Assembly: GCA_963792585.1 (NCBI GenBank)
Contig: CAWBWI010000001.1
Location: 1,280,001-1,344,000 of the forward strand
Source of the DNA: Candidatus Eiseniibacteriota bacterium
GTDB lineage: Bacteria; Eisenbacteria; RBG-16-71-46; CAIMUX01; VGJL01
Length of the DNA: 64,000 nucleotides
Direction of reading: 5' to 3'
Translations under genes and position numbers: made by a program
In this document: piece after piece, positions 21,881-32,892 of the stretch
How positions within the stretch are numbered: the stretch's first letter is position 1
How the letters are laid out: each line of letters begins with the position of its first letter
Notes under the pieces: generated by a model
What the model was told of the DNA's origin: nothing
What the model saw: the letters and a program-made list of their open reading frames with translations, nothing else
Databases searched by the model: none

Positions 21881-23626
21881 ATGCTTCGCAGAATGTTTGG
21901 CGTTTCCCTGCTCTTGGCGGCCGGCCTGTGGATCGCGTGGGGACCGGTCCACGCACAGGGCTGGACGAACATCCGGCTCAACTCCGACACGTCCACCCAG
22001 TTGCAGAATGAGCAGCAGATCGTCGTCAACCCGACCAATCCGTTGCAGCTCGCCGCTGTCTGGAGGGATTTCCGACTCGGATACAGGCAGATCGGATACG
22101 GCTACTCGACCGATGGCGGGCAGACCTGGACCAACCCCGGCCTGTTCGTCGATCCGCACTATGCGAACGACAGCGATCCGGCTCTGGCCGTCTCGGCGAC
22201 CGGGACCTTCTATGCGATGCTGCTCGCATACACGGGTAACACGAACCTGCCGAACGGAATGCTCTGCTACCGCAGCGTCAACGGCGGCATGACCTGGGAA
22301 GAGCGTGGGTTCGCCATCAACGGCGTCCCGAACGTCTTCGAAGACAAGGAGCTGATCGCATGCGATCGGTCCTTCACACCGCGGCGCGGGCGGCTCTACT
22401 GCGTCTGGGACCGCTTCAATGAGACGAACATCTACTGCGTCGCGAGCGGAGACGAGGGCGCGACCTGGACGCCCGCCGTCCGCGTAAGCAATCAGTCCAG
22501 CAACCAGTTCCCGTGCCCCGCTGTGGGGCCGGACGGGACCCTCTACGTCGCCTGGACGTACTACGGCGGCTACCTGCGGTTGGACAAGTCAACCGACGGC
22601 GGCGCGACGTTCGGCAGCGATGTGAACATCACGAGCATCTACAACCCCGCCCCGACCCTGAACGGCGGCGTTGATGCGATTTGCAGCCCCGCACTGGACG
22701 TCGATATCACGGGCGGCCCATTCAACGGTCGGCTCTACGTGGTCTACCTGAATCGGGTGAACAACGACTACGACATCTACATCCGCCATTCGATCGATCA
22801 CGGCGCGACGTGGTCGACCGCCCGTCGGATCAACGACGACACCGTCAACAACGGGCGCGATCAGTTCCACCCGTGGATGACCGTCGACAACACGGGTACC
22901 CTCTCCGCGGTCTGGCTGGACCGGAGGCAGGACCCCGCGAATCTGCAATGGCACTGCTACATGAGTCAGAGCACCGACGGTGGCATGACCTGGAGCGCGA
23001 ACCAGCAGATCTCCACGATGCCGTCCGACCCTGGTCAGATGATGGCCGGCGGGGCGCCGACGATCGACTACGAGGCGGATCGCGCGGCGAAGATGGCGCG
23101 GGGACCGGTCCTCAAGTCGGGACGGACGGAAGGAGACCAAGCTCTCGAAGAGGACAATCGGCACGGAGATCCCCATAACGATCAGGATCAGGATCAGACG
23201 CGCGCCGGTGTGATCGGTGAGTACATCGGGATCGCGTCCTATGACGGTTATGCGACGCCGGTGTGGACCGACACCCGCAACGGCAATCAGGATACCTATG
23301 CGGCATTCGATGCCGCGGTGATGGCCGTGAACGAGCAGGGAGCGCAGGCGACGGACCACATCCTGGTCGTCGCACCCAACCCGGCGAGCGGTCCGGTGGG
23401 GCTGGCCTATCGGGTACCCAGCGATGGCTGGGTCGGCCTCGAAGTGGTCGACGTCAACGGGCGCAGGGTTCGAACCCTGGTTGCCCGAAATCTCCGCGCC
23501 GGAGACTACCACTTCATCTGGGATCGCACGGACCAGGTGGGGCAGGACGCGGCTGCAGGGACATACTACCTTCGCTATACCGCTCCGGGAGTCGAGAGAA
23601 GCGCCTCGGTTCAGGTGATCCGGTAG
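21881..23626 (+). CDS. Secreted sialidase-family/BNR-repeat protein with FlgD-like C-terminal domain
   Basis: Signal peptide; STDGGxTW Asp-boxes; SDPALA, DKELI, DQFHPW, IGEYIG; APNP...WD...GTYY. Confidence 0.82.
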   Translation: MLRRMFGVSLLLAAGLWIAWGPVHAQGWTNIRLNSDTSTQLQNEQQIVVNPTNPLQLAAVWRDFRLGYRQIGYGYSTDGGQTWTNPGLFVDPHYANDSDPALAVSATGTFYAMLLAYTGNTNLPNGMLCYRSVNGGMTWEERGFAINGVPNVFEDKELIACDRSFTPRRGRLYCVWDRFNETNIYCVASGDEGATWTPAVRVSNQSSNQFPCPAVGPDGTLYVAWTYYGGYLRLDKSTDGGATFGSDVNITSIYNPAPTLNGGVDAICSPALDVDITGGPFNGRLYVVYLNRVNNDYDIYIRHSIDHGATWSTARRINDDTVNNGRDQFHPWMTVDNTGTLSAVWLDRRQDPANLQWHCYMSQSTDGGMTWSANQQISTMPSDPGQMMAGGAPTIDYEADRAAKMARGPVLKSGRTEGDQALEEDNRHGDPHNDQDQDQTRAGVIGEYIGIASYDGYATPVWTDTRNGNQDTYAAFDAAVMAVNEQGAQATDHILVVAPNPASGPVGLAYRVPSDGWVGLEVVDVNGRRVRTLVARNLRAGDYHFIWDRTDQVGQDAAAGTYYLRYTAPGVERSASVQVIR

Positions 23627-23664
23627 GCGTTCTCGCAGGATTCCGCAGCGCGGCATCGAAAGGA

Positions 23665-23693
23665 CCGCCGGTGGGGCATGACCCTACCGGCGG
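23665..23693. terminator. Hairpin after the sialidase-like gene
   Basis: CCGCCGGTGGGG-CATGA-CCCTACCGGCGG. Confidence 0.5.
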
Positions 23694-23713
23694 CCCCATT
23701 CACGGCGAGAGGT

Positions 23714-24020
23714 TCACTGCTCTTGGGCAGTGATCTCCACCGCGCGCGATTCCTGGGACCTGCCGTCGGGACCGACCATTTCCATGAACATGGTGAGGGT
23801 GTACTCGGTCTCGCTGACCCAGCGAATCTCCTCGCGAACGACAATCTCCTTCCCCCGCGCAGGGTCAATCGATGCCCATCCCCTCGAAGGGCATCCCTGC
23901 GGTCTCCCCCTTGCAGGTGCCCTTCAGCTGGCGGCCACGGAGGATCCACTCGTAGGTCGATGGTCCCATAGTGACCACGGGTTCAAGAGCGGGAGGAATC
24001 CAAAGCTCCCATCGCCATAA
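23714..24020 (-). pseudogene. DUF1579-like gene remnant
   Basis: Minus-strand fragments EWILRGRQLKGTCKGETAGMPFEGMG and, in another frame, VREEIRWVSETEYTLTMFMEMVGPDG...EIT; middle part missing. Confidence 0.45.
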
Positions 24021-24113
24021 CCGATGAACAACTAGCATGTTACTGAATAGGACCTGGCCGAGTCTGGACTGCGGCAAGCCTCCCGAAGCGGCGGCGGCCA
24101 CAGTCAGCCTTGC

Positions 24114-24142
24114 TTGACAATTGGGACACCGGTGCTTATACT
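24114..24142 (+). promoter_or_regulatory. Near-consensus sigma70 promoter for the PEP-CTERM gene
   Basis: TTGACA-17 bp-TATACT. Confidence 0.7.
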
Positions 24143-24287
24143 TAGTTTCAATTCTACGGAGCCTGCGGGGTCGCAGAGCTGTTCTTCTCCAAGCTTCACG
24201 CTCAGCGGAATACTCATGTACGGACTGGGCTGAAGATCGGAGACAGGCAAGTGCCGGTCCCAGCACCGGAGAGACGGAGCGCGTGAG

Positions 24288-25043
24288 ATGTCGAAATTGG
24301 GCAAAATCTCGTTGGTCGGATTAATCGTGGCTTTTGCGATGTCGGCGGGAGTCACGCCCTCAGAGGCGTTGATGGTGGATCTGACGACCCTTGGAGCCGG
24401 CGGCTCCATCGGAAACGCGTTTTTCACGCAGGTCAACCATCAGGTGGCCGGTACGGGCGTCAGAGACACCTTCGTTCGAATCGAGAAGAGCGATTGGGAG
24501 CGCGGCATGAACACCGACGGCTCCTATTCGATGGACGAAGTCGCCGGCAGCACGCATTCGATCCGTGTGAGTGATTTCGGAAGGGTCGACCGCGGCGGCG
24601 TGGAGTCGATTCGCTTCCTTCTCAACGTCAACCAGATGGACACGAACCCCCTCGTCTCCCTGGACAAGATGAAGATCTTCGTAGCGCCCAGCGGAGACTA
24701 TCATTCGATCGCGGAACTCAACGACTACGGCACGCTGATCTACGAGATCGGCCAGAGCAACAGGGTCAAGCTCAACTCCGCACTCGAGACGGAGGATGCC
24801 GTCGGCGACATGTTCGCCTACCTCCCATCCAATTTGTTCGCCGGGCACGAAAACGAGTTCCTCTATCTCTACTCGGGTTTTGGTTACAGCGGTGGGAGCC
24901 TGAGCACCAACTCTCGCTGGGAAGAGTGGGCCAATGTCGACCCGCAAGTCCTGACCCCAGTGCCTGAGCCGGCCAGCCTGCTCCTCCTCGGGGGCGGCCT
25001 GATCAGCAGCATGCTATTCCTCCGCCGTCGTCGGTCTGCATAG
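24288..25043 (+). CDS. PEP-CTERM sorting domain protein
   Basis: Signal peptide; C-terminal PVPEPASLLLLGGGLISSMLFLRRRRSA. Confidence 0.92.
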   Translation: MSKLGKISLVGLIVAFAMSAGVTPSEALMVDLTTLGAGGSIGNAFFTQVNHQVAGTGVRDTFVRIEKSDWERGMNTDGSYSMDEVAGSTHSIRVSDFGRVDRGGVESIRFLLNVNQMDTNPLVSLDKMKIFVAPSGDYHSIAELNDYGTLIYEIGQSNRVKLNSALETEDAVGDMFAYLPSNLFAGHENEFLYLYSGFGYSGGSLSTNSRWEEWANVDPQVLTPVPEPASLLLLGGGLISSMLFLRRRRSA

Positions 25044-25074
25044 GCGACGAGAGCGGCATTCGAGTCACAGACTC

Positions 25075-25109
25075 AAGACCGGGGCGGCAGAAGATGCCGC
25101 TCCGGTCTT
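25075..25109 (+). terminator. Intrinsic terminator-like hairpin
   Basis: AAGACCGGGGCGGCA-GAAGA-TGCCGCTCCGGTCTT followed by CATTT. Confidence 0.65.
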
Positions 25110-25162
25110 CATTTGTGGCATCCTACCGGGCGGTCTCCGGAACACGACCCCGGCACGCCATC

Positions 25163-25191
25163 TTGACGCTCTCGTAAGGCCCTCCTACATT
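25163..25191 (+). promoter_or_regulatory. Putative sigma70 promoter for the OmpA gene
   Basis: TTGACG-17 bp-TACATT. Confidence 0.55.
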
Positions 25192-25255
25192 CGAGCCGAT
25201 ACTCAGATCAGAATGGTCCGGCAAGAGCCGCCCTCACCGCGCTTGGAGGTACTCA

Positions 25256-26485
25256 ATGCGCAGATTCTCATCCCCTCTGACCCTCGTCCTGCTGACGCTG
25301 TTCCTGGGCGCTCTGGCGCTGCCCGCCAGCGGCCAGTTCAAGGGCCTCAAAGACAAGGTCAAGGCCAAGGCCCAGCAGAAGGCCGACGAGAAGATCGACA
25401 AGAAGATCGACGAAGCCACCGAGGGATCGCAAACGGATGAGGCGGGCACCGAGAGTGAGGCCGAGGCGCCCGCCGAAGGAGAGTCGGCGCCGCCCGCGTC
25501 GACCGGTGGTACGGCCACCGCGGAAGACATGACGCTCTACACGAAGTACGACTTCGTCCCGGGCGATAAGGTGATCTTCTTCGACGACCTGTCGTCCGAT
25601 GAACTCGGCGAGTTTCCATCGCGGTGGAAGCTCGACGAGGGCGTCTTCGAAGTCGCCAAGCAGCATGGGCAGCCGTGGATCCTCTGCACCGATGAGGGGA
25701 AGATCCGCCCCAAGATCGCGACCGGTCCCCTTCCCGACAAGTACACCGTGGAGCTGGATTTCTACACCAAGGGCGGCGAAGCCAAGGGCCACTGGTTCTT
25801 CATCAACTGGATCGACGCGGAGGACCGGGAGATCGGGAGTTTCATGATTCAGGACCACGATCACACCCGGCTCAGAATCAATGACAAGGATCTCGCGAGC
25901 AAACAACTGGCGGGGTACCTCAAGCCCGGCAAGCACACGATGCGGGTCATGGCGACCAAGACCACGATGAAGTGCTACATCGATCAGGAGCGGGTAGCGA
26001 ACGTCCCCGCTGTCGATGGATTCTCACCGGTCAGCCTCCAAGTACACTTCGACCCCTGGAAGGACGAGCCGGACAACCCGATGTTGGGGGGCGCATTCCG
26101 GTACGCGGAGGGCGGGAAGACCCTCAAACAACAGCTCGACGAGGCCGGCAAGATCGTGACGCACGGGATTCTCTTCGATTCGGGATCCGATCGGATCAAG
26201 GCCGAGTCGTTCAAGACGCTCGCTGACATCGGCGGGCTCCTGACCGAGAATGCGGCGTTGCGCCTCTCGATCGAGGGACACACGGACGCCGACGGCGCCG
26301 ACGACGCGAACATGACTCTCTCTCAGAAGCGAGCCGAGTCGGTGAAGGCCTATCTGTCAGGCAACTACAAGATCGATGCAGCCCGCCTCGAGACCAAGGG
26401 GTGGGGTGAGAGCAAGGCGATCGACATCAACGACACCGCGGAAGGAAAGGCGAACAACCGCCGGGTGGAGTTAGTGAAGCTCTGA
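25256..26485 (+). CDS. OmpA-family peptidoglycan-binding protein
   Basis: Signal peptide; YDFVPG..FFDD; GILFDSGS, IEGHTD, LSQKRAESVK, NRRVE. Confidence 0.9.
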   Translation: MRRFSSPLTLVLLTLFLGALALPASGQFKGLKDKVKAKAQQKADEKIDKKIDEATEGSQTDEAGTESEAEAPAEGESAPPASTGGTATAEDMTLYTKYDFVPGDKVIFFDDLSSDELGEFPSRWKLDEGVFEVAKQHGQPWILCTDEGKIRPKIATGPLPDKYTVELDFYTKGGEAKGHWFFINWIDAEDREIGSFMIQDHDHTRLRINDKDLASKQLAGYLKPGKHTMRVMATKTTMKCYIDQERVANVPAVDGFSPVSLQVHFDPWKDEPDNPMLGGAFRYAEGGKTLKQQLDEAGKIVTHGILFDSGSDRIKAESFKTLADIGGLLTENAALRLSIEGHTDADGADDANMTLSQKRAESVKAYLSGNYKIDAARLETKGWGESKAIDINDTAEGKANNRRVELVKL

Positions 26486-26532
26486 CGCAGCGGGCAGAAC
26501 CGTCAACCCCACGGAGGTCCGCGGCCGATTCG

Positions 26533-28478
26533 CTACGGCTTGCGGACCTCTTCGATGATGCGGATGACGATGTTCTCCTTCTCCCGCACCGTCCGCGGAA
26601 CCAGCTTGCCGTTGACGAAGACCATCGGGACGCCCGTGAGCCCGAGAGCCTGTGCGGCGCGCGCATCTTCGTTGATCGCTTCGGTCACCTCGGGCTTCTG
26701 CATTTCCGCGAACAGCTTCGTCGGATCGAGCCCAGCGGCCCGCGTCGCGTCACGGAGGGATTCGTCCGTGAAGGACTGCAGGTTGCGCATGAGCCAGTCG
26801 TGGATCTTCCAGTAGGCGTCCGCTCCGCCGAGCGAGCCCGCCGCCTCCGCCGCCTTCGCCGCCTTCCCCGCCAGGGGGTGCACGGCTTCCGGCCGCAGCT
26901 TCGCGGGCAGCGTGGGGTTGCTGGTCGGATCGATCGGATAGTGGCGGAAGGTGTACTTGATCCCCGACTTCCCCCTGATGTAGTCGCGCACCGCGATGTC
27001 CATCGCCGCGGTGTACGGCTCCTGGAAGTCACCGAAGACAACGACATCGGCCCCCTGGATCCGGCAGGGGCATCCCGAGCGACCACGCCCGTCGATCGAT
27101 CGGAAACGCCCGGACCGGCTGTTCCCGCCAATCGTCGACGTATTTCTGAAGCGCGAGCACCGGTCGATCGGCGCCTGCCGTGAGCGGGGACGGGTTCTTC
27201 GCCGTGACCTCCTCGATCGTCTTCTTCAGGGCCCCGGGAACCTGCCAACCTTTGAACTCGACGCCGTTGACGAAGATCATCGGCGTGAAGAAGAGCCCGA
27301 GGGCGATCCCTTCCTCGCAATCCGACTGGACGCGACGAAGCGTCTCCGCGCCCGTCATGACGGCAACGAATGACTCGACGCTATAGCCCATCTGGGTGAG
27401 GGCGGACTTGAGCTCGGCGTCGGTGAACGTGCCGGAGCGTCCGAAGAGCCAGCGGTGCATCTCCCAGAAGCCCTCATCCCCGGTGAGAATCCCCGCAGCC
27501 TCGGCGGCGCGCGCCGCCCAGCACGCGTTCGGGTGCATCGAGGTCTTGGCGTACCGATTGCAGGGCACGCCGGGGGAGGCTTCCGCGCACATCGGGAAGT
27601 GCATGATCGAGAGCGAGACGTCCTTGCGCGAGGCGAGGATCGCCTCGATCTCCCCCTCGATCCGCTTGCAGTCGGGACACTGATAGTCGGTCAGCATCAC
27701 GACCCGGATCGGGCATGTTTCCGGGCCAAGTCGATAGCGTCCCGTGAAACCGGTGCGACCCCACCTATCGACGACGCGCCCCTCGTTCGGCGACTCGCGC
27801 CTGCGCGAGGATCTGCTCGGTCGACGCGCGCCGCTCCCCCTCGGCCTTCGCGCGCTGATCTCGCTCGAAGCGGGCGTTCGCCACTCCGAGCGCGATGGAG
27901 ACCGCCAGGAAGGCGCACGCCGCCACACCGCCCACCCGATCGAACTGAGCCTGCGTCATGCGAGGACCTCCCGTTTCGATCGTCGCGCCGCCCCGCGCGC
28001 CTCGACTTCGATCATGAGAAGGGTGGCCAGATTCACCGCGTGGATACCGGCGCAGTAGGGACACAGCTTGCGAAGCGCGATCATTACGAAGATGAACAGC
28101 AGCGACGCGGCAGCCCCGAGACGAAGCAGCCAGATCGCAGGCAAGGGAACTGCGGGGCGAGCCAACCCACCCGATGAGCAGGGCGACGAAGTAGGCCACT
28201 CCCACGAAGGAGACAGGCCAGCCGATCCCCGGCAGCGAGCCCCATCGTGTCGCCTCGAGGGCCTCGCAATCGCTCTTGGGGCCGCACCCGGGGAGCCCGC
28301 CGCCGAAGTGCTTCGACACGAGGAAGATCGACAGGATGACGGCGGCTGCGAGGAGCGCTGTGATCGGCCAACCTGCGGCGTCCGAGATCCGGATCGACCG
28401 GATACGCCCCGTTTGAGTGGGACCAGGGTCCCGTCGCGTCGTCTGCTTCGTCACCCAGCTACTCCCCTTCCCGACCAA
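26533..28478 (-). CDS. VKOR + two DsbA/thioredoxin-fold domain fusion; several frameshifts
   Basis: VKOR loop cysteines (PGCGPKSDC) and CPYC; DsbA DYQCPDC, HFPM, TPMIFVNG; second DsbA-like domain with HYP and GVPMVFVNG; spread over four ORF-track fragments. Confidence 0.75.
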
Positions 28479-28684
28479 ATCCGACGGATACCGGCTCCGT
28501 CCGGCGAGGCGTCTTCCGTCACGTCCCCATCCGCAATGGATAGTACATCAATCGGGCCCCGCGAATGCCATGAGGGCATCGTCTCCGGGGCTGGTCCCGA
28601 AGCCGGATGGACCGTAGAATGATGACGCAATCGAATCGACCGATGATCCGATCGACGCGTCGGTCGGACGGGGTTTTGCAGCCT

Positions 28685-31452
28685 ATGATCGAGCCGCGAA
28701 TCCGGCGATCTCTCAGCATCCTCTTCCTCTCGGCGGCTGCGTCCACTGCCGTCCGAGGTGCCGATGCAGGATCGGTGTCCCCATGGATTGCCCGAATCGA
28801 CTCCCTGAGGGTCGAGAGTCGAGCCGAATCGGCGCTCTCCGTCATTGCCGAAGCACTGCCGATCGCAGAGTCATCGGCGGATTCGACTCTCATCCTCGAA
28901 CTGTGGGTCCGTCAGGGGGAGTTGCAGAGCTCGCTCGGCTTCGCCCGCGAGGGCGAAGCCGTCCTCCGGAGGGCATTGGGTCTCGCCCGGGCCCGGGACG
29001 ACACGGCGAAGGCCTGCGTCGCGCTGCGGTGGCTCAGCGTCGCTGTCGGATCCCAGGGACGCACCGATGAGGCCGCGCAGTTCTGTCGCGTCCTCCTCTC
29101 CCTCGCGCAGACGCGCCGGGACAGGATCCACGAGGCATGGGCGCGCGTGGGCCTGGCCTGGAGCGCGGAGACGATCGGACGAGGCGACGAAGCGCTCGAG
29201 GAGTATCGGCTCGCGTCCGACCTCTTCCACGAGGGCGGCGCCCAACGGGGTGAGGCATGGGCGCGAAACGGCCTGGGGAACGCCCTGGCCGGAATGGGCC
29301 GGTACGACGAGGCGCGCAGGAGCTATCGCGAGGCGGAAGATCTCGCGGAGCGGGCCGGCTATCGGATGGTGGAAGGCCTGGCCGCCAACAACCTCGGGAC
29401 GCTCGAGTACCTACTCGGCGACCCGGGCGCGGCCGTCGAGCATTTCCGCCGCGCGCTCCTGGTCAGGCGAGAGATCCCGAACGTCCGCGAGTGGATCATC
29501 CCGTGTCTGAACCTCGCCCTCTGCGATGCGGACCTTGGCAGACTCGATGCGGCGAGCGACTCGCTGACGGCCATGATCGCCGTGTGCCGCGAAGGGGGCT
29601 ACGCGGATCTCGCCGCGAAGGTAACCAACCAACTTGCCCAGACGCGCGGACTCCAAGGTCGGGCCCGGGAGGCGCGATCGCTCTATCGGTCGACGATCGC
29701 GATGGGCGCGAGGGTCCCGATGAAGAACCGCGTCGAGGCGGCTACGGGGTTGGCCGAGTCGCTCCGGGAGGCCGACAGCACGATCGTGGCACTCCGATTG
29801 CTCGAGCAGACGCTCGCCTGGTTGGACGAGCGGTCGGATCCCACCTGGCGCATCCACATCGACGTCGGGATCGGGGAAGCGAGCCTCGATTTGAAGGATG
29901 CCCCGGGCGCGCTCCCCCACCTGCGGAGGGCGGTCGCGGATGCGCGGCGTTTGAGCCTTCCCGCCATCCACGAGCAGGCGTTGCTCGATCTGGGACGCGC
30001 GTGGCGCGAGGTGAACCGTCCGGACAGCGCGCTCGCGGCCTGGAGCGAAGCCGCCCGCCTGTGGGAAGAAGTTCGCGGCGCTGCATCCGAGCCCGAGTGG
30101 AGGGAAGTCCGCGGCGCTCAGGCGCGTTCCCTGTGCACGGACATGACGTCTCTCCTCCTGGGAGGTGATGCCGGACCCGATCGCCTTCGCGAGGCCTATG
30201 ATCGGGCGCAGAGGTTCAAGACGCGGACCCTGATCGAGAGGATGCAGGGCCCGGCGGGGAAGGCGCGGCCGCCGGATTCGATCGCCACCCTCGAGCGTCT
30301 GCAGGGGGCCATACTCGACTCGAATGAGGTCCTGCTCGACTTCTTCCTCGGGCCGCGCGTCTCATACCTGTTCGCCGTCTCCAGGGATTCGAGCCGGGTC
30401 GCCGTGCTTCCCCCGAGAAGACACTCTCTGCGATGGTCCTCCTCTACCACGACCTGCTTCGGACCCCTCCTTCGGGAGTCGGTTCTCTCCGGGCAATCGA
30501 CGAAGCGGGCCGCAAACTCCACGCCGTGCTGCTTGCCGACGTGCAGGACTTCGTCCGGACACGGCGCAGAATCTACGTATCGCCGGATGGAGTGCTGAAT
30601 CTCATCCCATTCGGTCCGACCGGCACGAGCGATTCTGCCGAATCCGAGTGGATCCGCATCCCCTCGGCCACGGTGCTCGACCTGCTTCGCTCCCGCGCGC
30701 GGCCAACGCAGGAGACGCCGTGCAGTGTCCTCGCATACGCCGACAAGCGTGGCCCCTCGGGCGACCTTCCGGGGGCCGAGCAGGAGGTCGAGCACCTTGT
30801 CAGCAGGTACAGGGACACCGAGGCGCGATTCCTGACGGAAAGGGACACGGTCCGTCTCGATGAGCTGGCCGTCGCGCGCTCGGTTCTACACTTCGCGTCG
30901 CACAGCGAGGCGAACGACCAGCGACCATGGCTCTCGAAGATCGGGCTCGGCGGAGCCGGCCTGAGAGCCGACCAGATCGCGGCGGCACGGATCCCCGTCC
31001 CGCTCGCCGTCCTCGCCTCCTGCCAGACCCAGCATGGACGGGTTCTTTCCGGAGAAGGGACGCTCGGCCTGTCCGCCGCCCTGCTCTCGGCCGGTTCGGA
31101 GTGCGTTGTCGCCACCATTTGGCCCGTGGACGATCGGATCACCGCGCACCTGATGCGCGAGTTCTACGCGGGACTCGCTTCCGGACGGACCGTGGCCGGG
31201 GCGCTCCGCCGGGCACAGGCGGAGATTCGACGCGGTGACCGGACGTCCCACCCCTTCTACTGGGCGGGATTCGTTGCGATCGGGCGGGGGGAACTACGGA
31301 TCCCCCTTCGGGTTCGAACGCAAACCTGGGCCAACCTCGCCGCCATCGCGGCAGGGGCGACGCTTCCGCTTCTTGTCCTGATCCTGTGGTTGCGGAGGTC
31401 CCGACGGAAGCGCTCTGTGATCTTCGGGCCGGGGAAGCGTCTCATGGGATGA
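28685..31452 (+). CDS. TPR + CHAT (caspase-like) protease with C-terminal TM anchor; frameshift near 30414
   Basis: TPR repeats; SPDGVLNLIPF, LPGAEQEV, LHFASHS, LASCQT, TIWPVDD, HPFYWAGF; a C5 run at 30410-30414 needs one more C to join frames. Confidence 0.82.
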
Positions 31453-32051
31453 CGAAGCAAGAGCTGGAAGCGCTCCCTGACGAGGAGCTGCTCCGGATCG
31501 GGAGGCGGGATCCCGGGGATCCGCTCGGATCCCGTGCGGTCTCCACCCTGCTGGAGCGCTATCAGGATCGGGTGTACGTATGGTGCTATCGGCTCGTGCG
31601 CGACCACGACCAGGCGCTGGACATGTCTCAGGATGTTCTGCTGAACGCATATCGACGCCTGGGCACGTTCGAGGGGCGATCGGGCTTTGCATCATGGCTC
31701 TTCGTGATCGCGCGCAATCGCTGTCTCAGCGCGCTTCGCCGACCGTCCCTGATATGGGAGGACGAAGGCGCCCTCGATCAGATCGAGGGGCCGAGCGCGC
31801 CGCCCGACGAGGAGTTCGAGAGAAGGCTCGACGAGGAGGAGGTCCTGAATCTGATCCGCATCCACCTGGATCCGATCGAACGCGAGGCGCTGTGGTTGCG
31901 GTGTTACGAGGGCATGCCGGTGGATGAGATCACGCGACTCCTTCGGATCGACGCCGCTACCGGGGCCCGGTCCGTGATCCAGAGGGCGCGGCGAAAGCTC
32001 CGCGCGGTTCTTCGTCAATCCGAATCGGCCGACCCGACACAAGGAGGTTGA
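31449..32051 (+). CDS. ECF RNA polymerase sigma factor
   Basis: LLERYQDRVY..C, DMSQDVLL, FASWLFVIARN, region 4 HTH; ATGA overlap with the CHAT gene. Confidence 0.9.
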   Translation: MTKQELEALPDEELLRIGRRDPGDPLGSRAVSTLLERYQDRVYVWCYRLVRDHDQALDMSQDVLLNAYRRLGTFEGRSGFASWLFVIARNRCLSALRRPSLIWEDEGALDQIEGPSAPPDEEFERRLDEEEVLNLIRIHLDPIEREALWLRCYEGMPVDEITRLLRIDAATGARSVIQRARRKLRAVLRQSESADPTQGG

Positions 32052-32059
32052 GGACAGCG

Positions 32060-32734
32060 ATGAACCGGGATTGCCCCGCGATCGAGAGCTTCGAGGAATT
32101 GCTCTCCTTGGAACCGGAGGATCCGCGACGGCTCCACCTGGACCACTGCCCGCGTTGCCATGCGCGCGTCACCGCATTCACGGCGTTCATGGACGTCCAT
32201 CCACTCCCGGCAGGGGTCCGGATGGATGAGGCGCGCCGGCGCCTCTCCGACGCGATCCAGCGGGAGAGCGAGACTCGATCGGGCGGCACGCGCTCGTTTC
32301 CCTCCCCGTTTTCCTGGTTTCGGTTCGGCCGCCTCGTCTGGAAGCCGGCCCTGGGCTTTGCGACCCTCCTCCTTATCGGCGGCCTCTTCCTGCGCGGTGG
32401 TGACCGCGGCGTCGACACCCCCCCGGTCCTTAGGGACGCAGGGCCCCCGCAGGCCACGGGCGCTCCCCTCGTGAGCGACCGGGCGGCGGGCGGGGCGATC
32501 CGGTTGCGTTGGCGCTCGATCCCGGCCTCGGAGGCCTACCGGGTCCTCATCTACGGCACCGACTTGATCGAGCTGTCTCGGCTCGAAGCCGGCCGGGATA
32601 CGACCATCGTACTTTCACCGGGAGTGCTTGCACGGCTCGGCGAATCGGACACTTCGATCATCTGGCGGGTGGCCGCCCTTCGTATGGGTGACGAGATCTC
32701 CGTCTCACCGCCCGCAACCCTCCTCTTGCCGTAG
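32060..32734 (+). CDS. Putative zinc-binding anti-sigma factor (TM plus extracytoplasmic domain)
   Basis: HLDHCPRC (HxxxCxxC) motif, one TM helix, directly follows the ECF sigma. Confidence 0.78.
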   Translation: MNRDCPAIESFEELLSLEPEDPRRLHLDHCPRCHARVTAFTAFMDVHPLPAGVRMDEARRRLSDAIQRESETRSGGTRSFPSPFSWFRFGRLVWKPALGFATLLLIGGLFLRGGDRGVDTPPVLRDAGPPQATGAPLVSDRAAGGAIRLRWRSIPASEAYRVLIYGTDLIELSRLEAGRDTTIVLSPGVLARLGESDTSIIWRVAALRMGDEISVSPPATLLLP

Positions 32735-32892
32735 ATCCCAACCGGGCATCGACGGAATCCTCCGACTACGGCAGCGAATCCGTCTGATTCCGCGCGGCCG
32801 GCAATGGTCAAGCAGGCTGGGACGGCCTGACCGAATCCGGCGGGCGCGTGGGCAGGCCTTCGCCGCGGCAAGTCAATCGGGGAACGCTCCGA

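Noticed and set aside
30405..30435. Programmed ribosomal frameshift in the CHAT gene
   Set aside because: No canonical slippery heptamer; a homopolymer indel explains it, as at other sites in the window.
28685..32734. Type III-E CRISPR Craspase locus
   Set aside because: No cas genes or repeat-spacer array seen in the window; this CHAT protein appears membrane-anchored.
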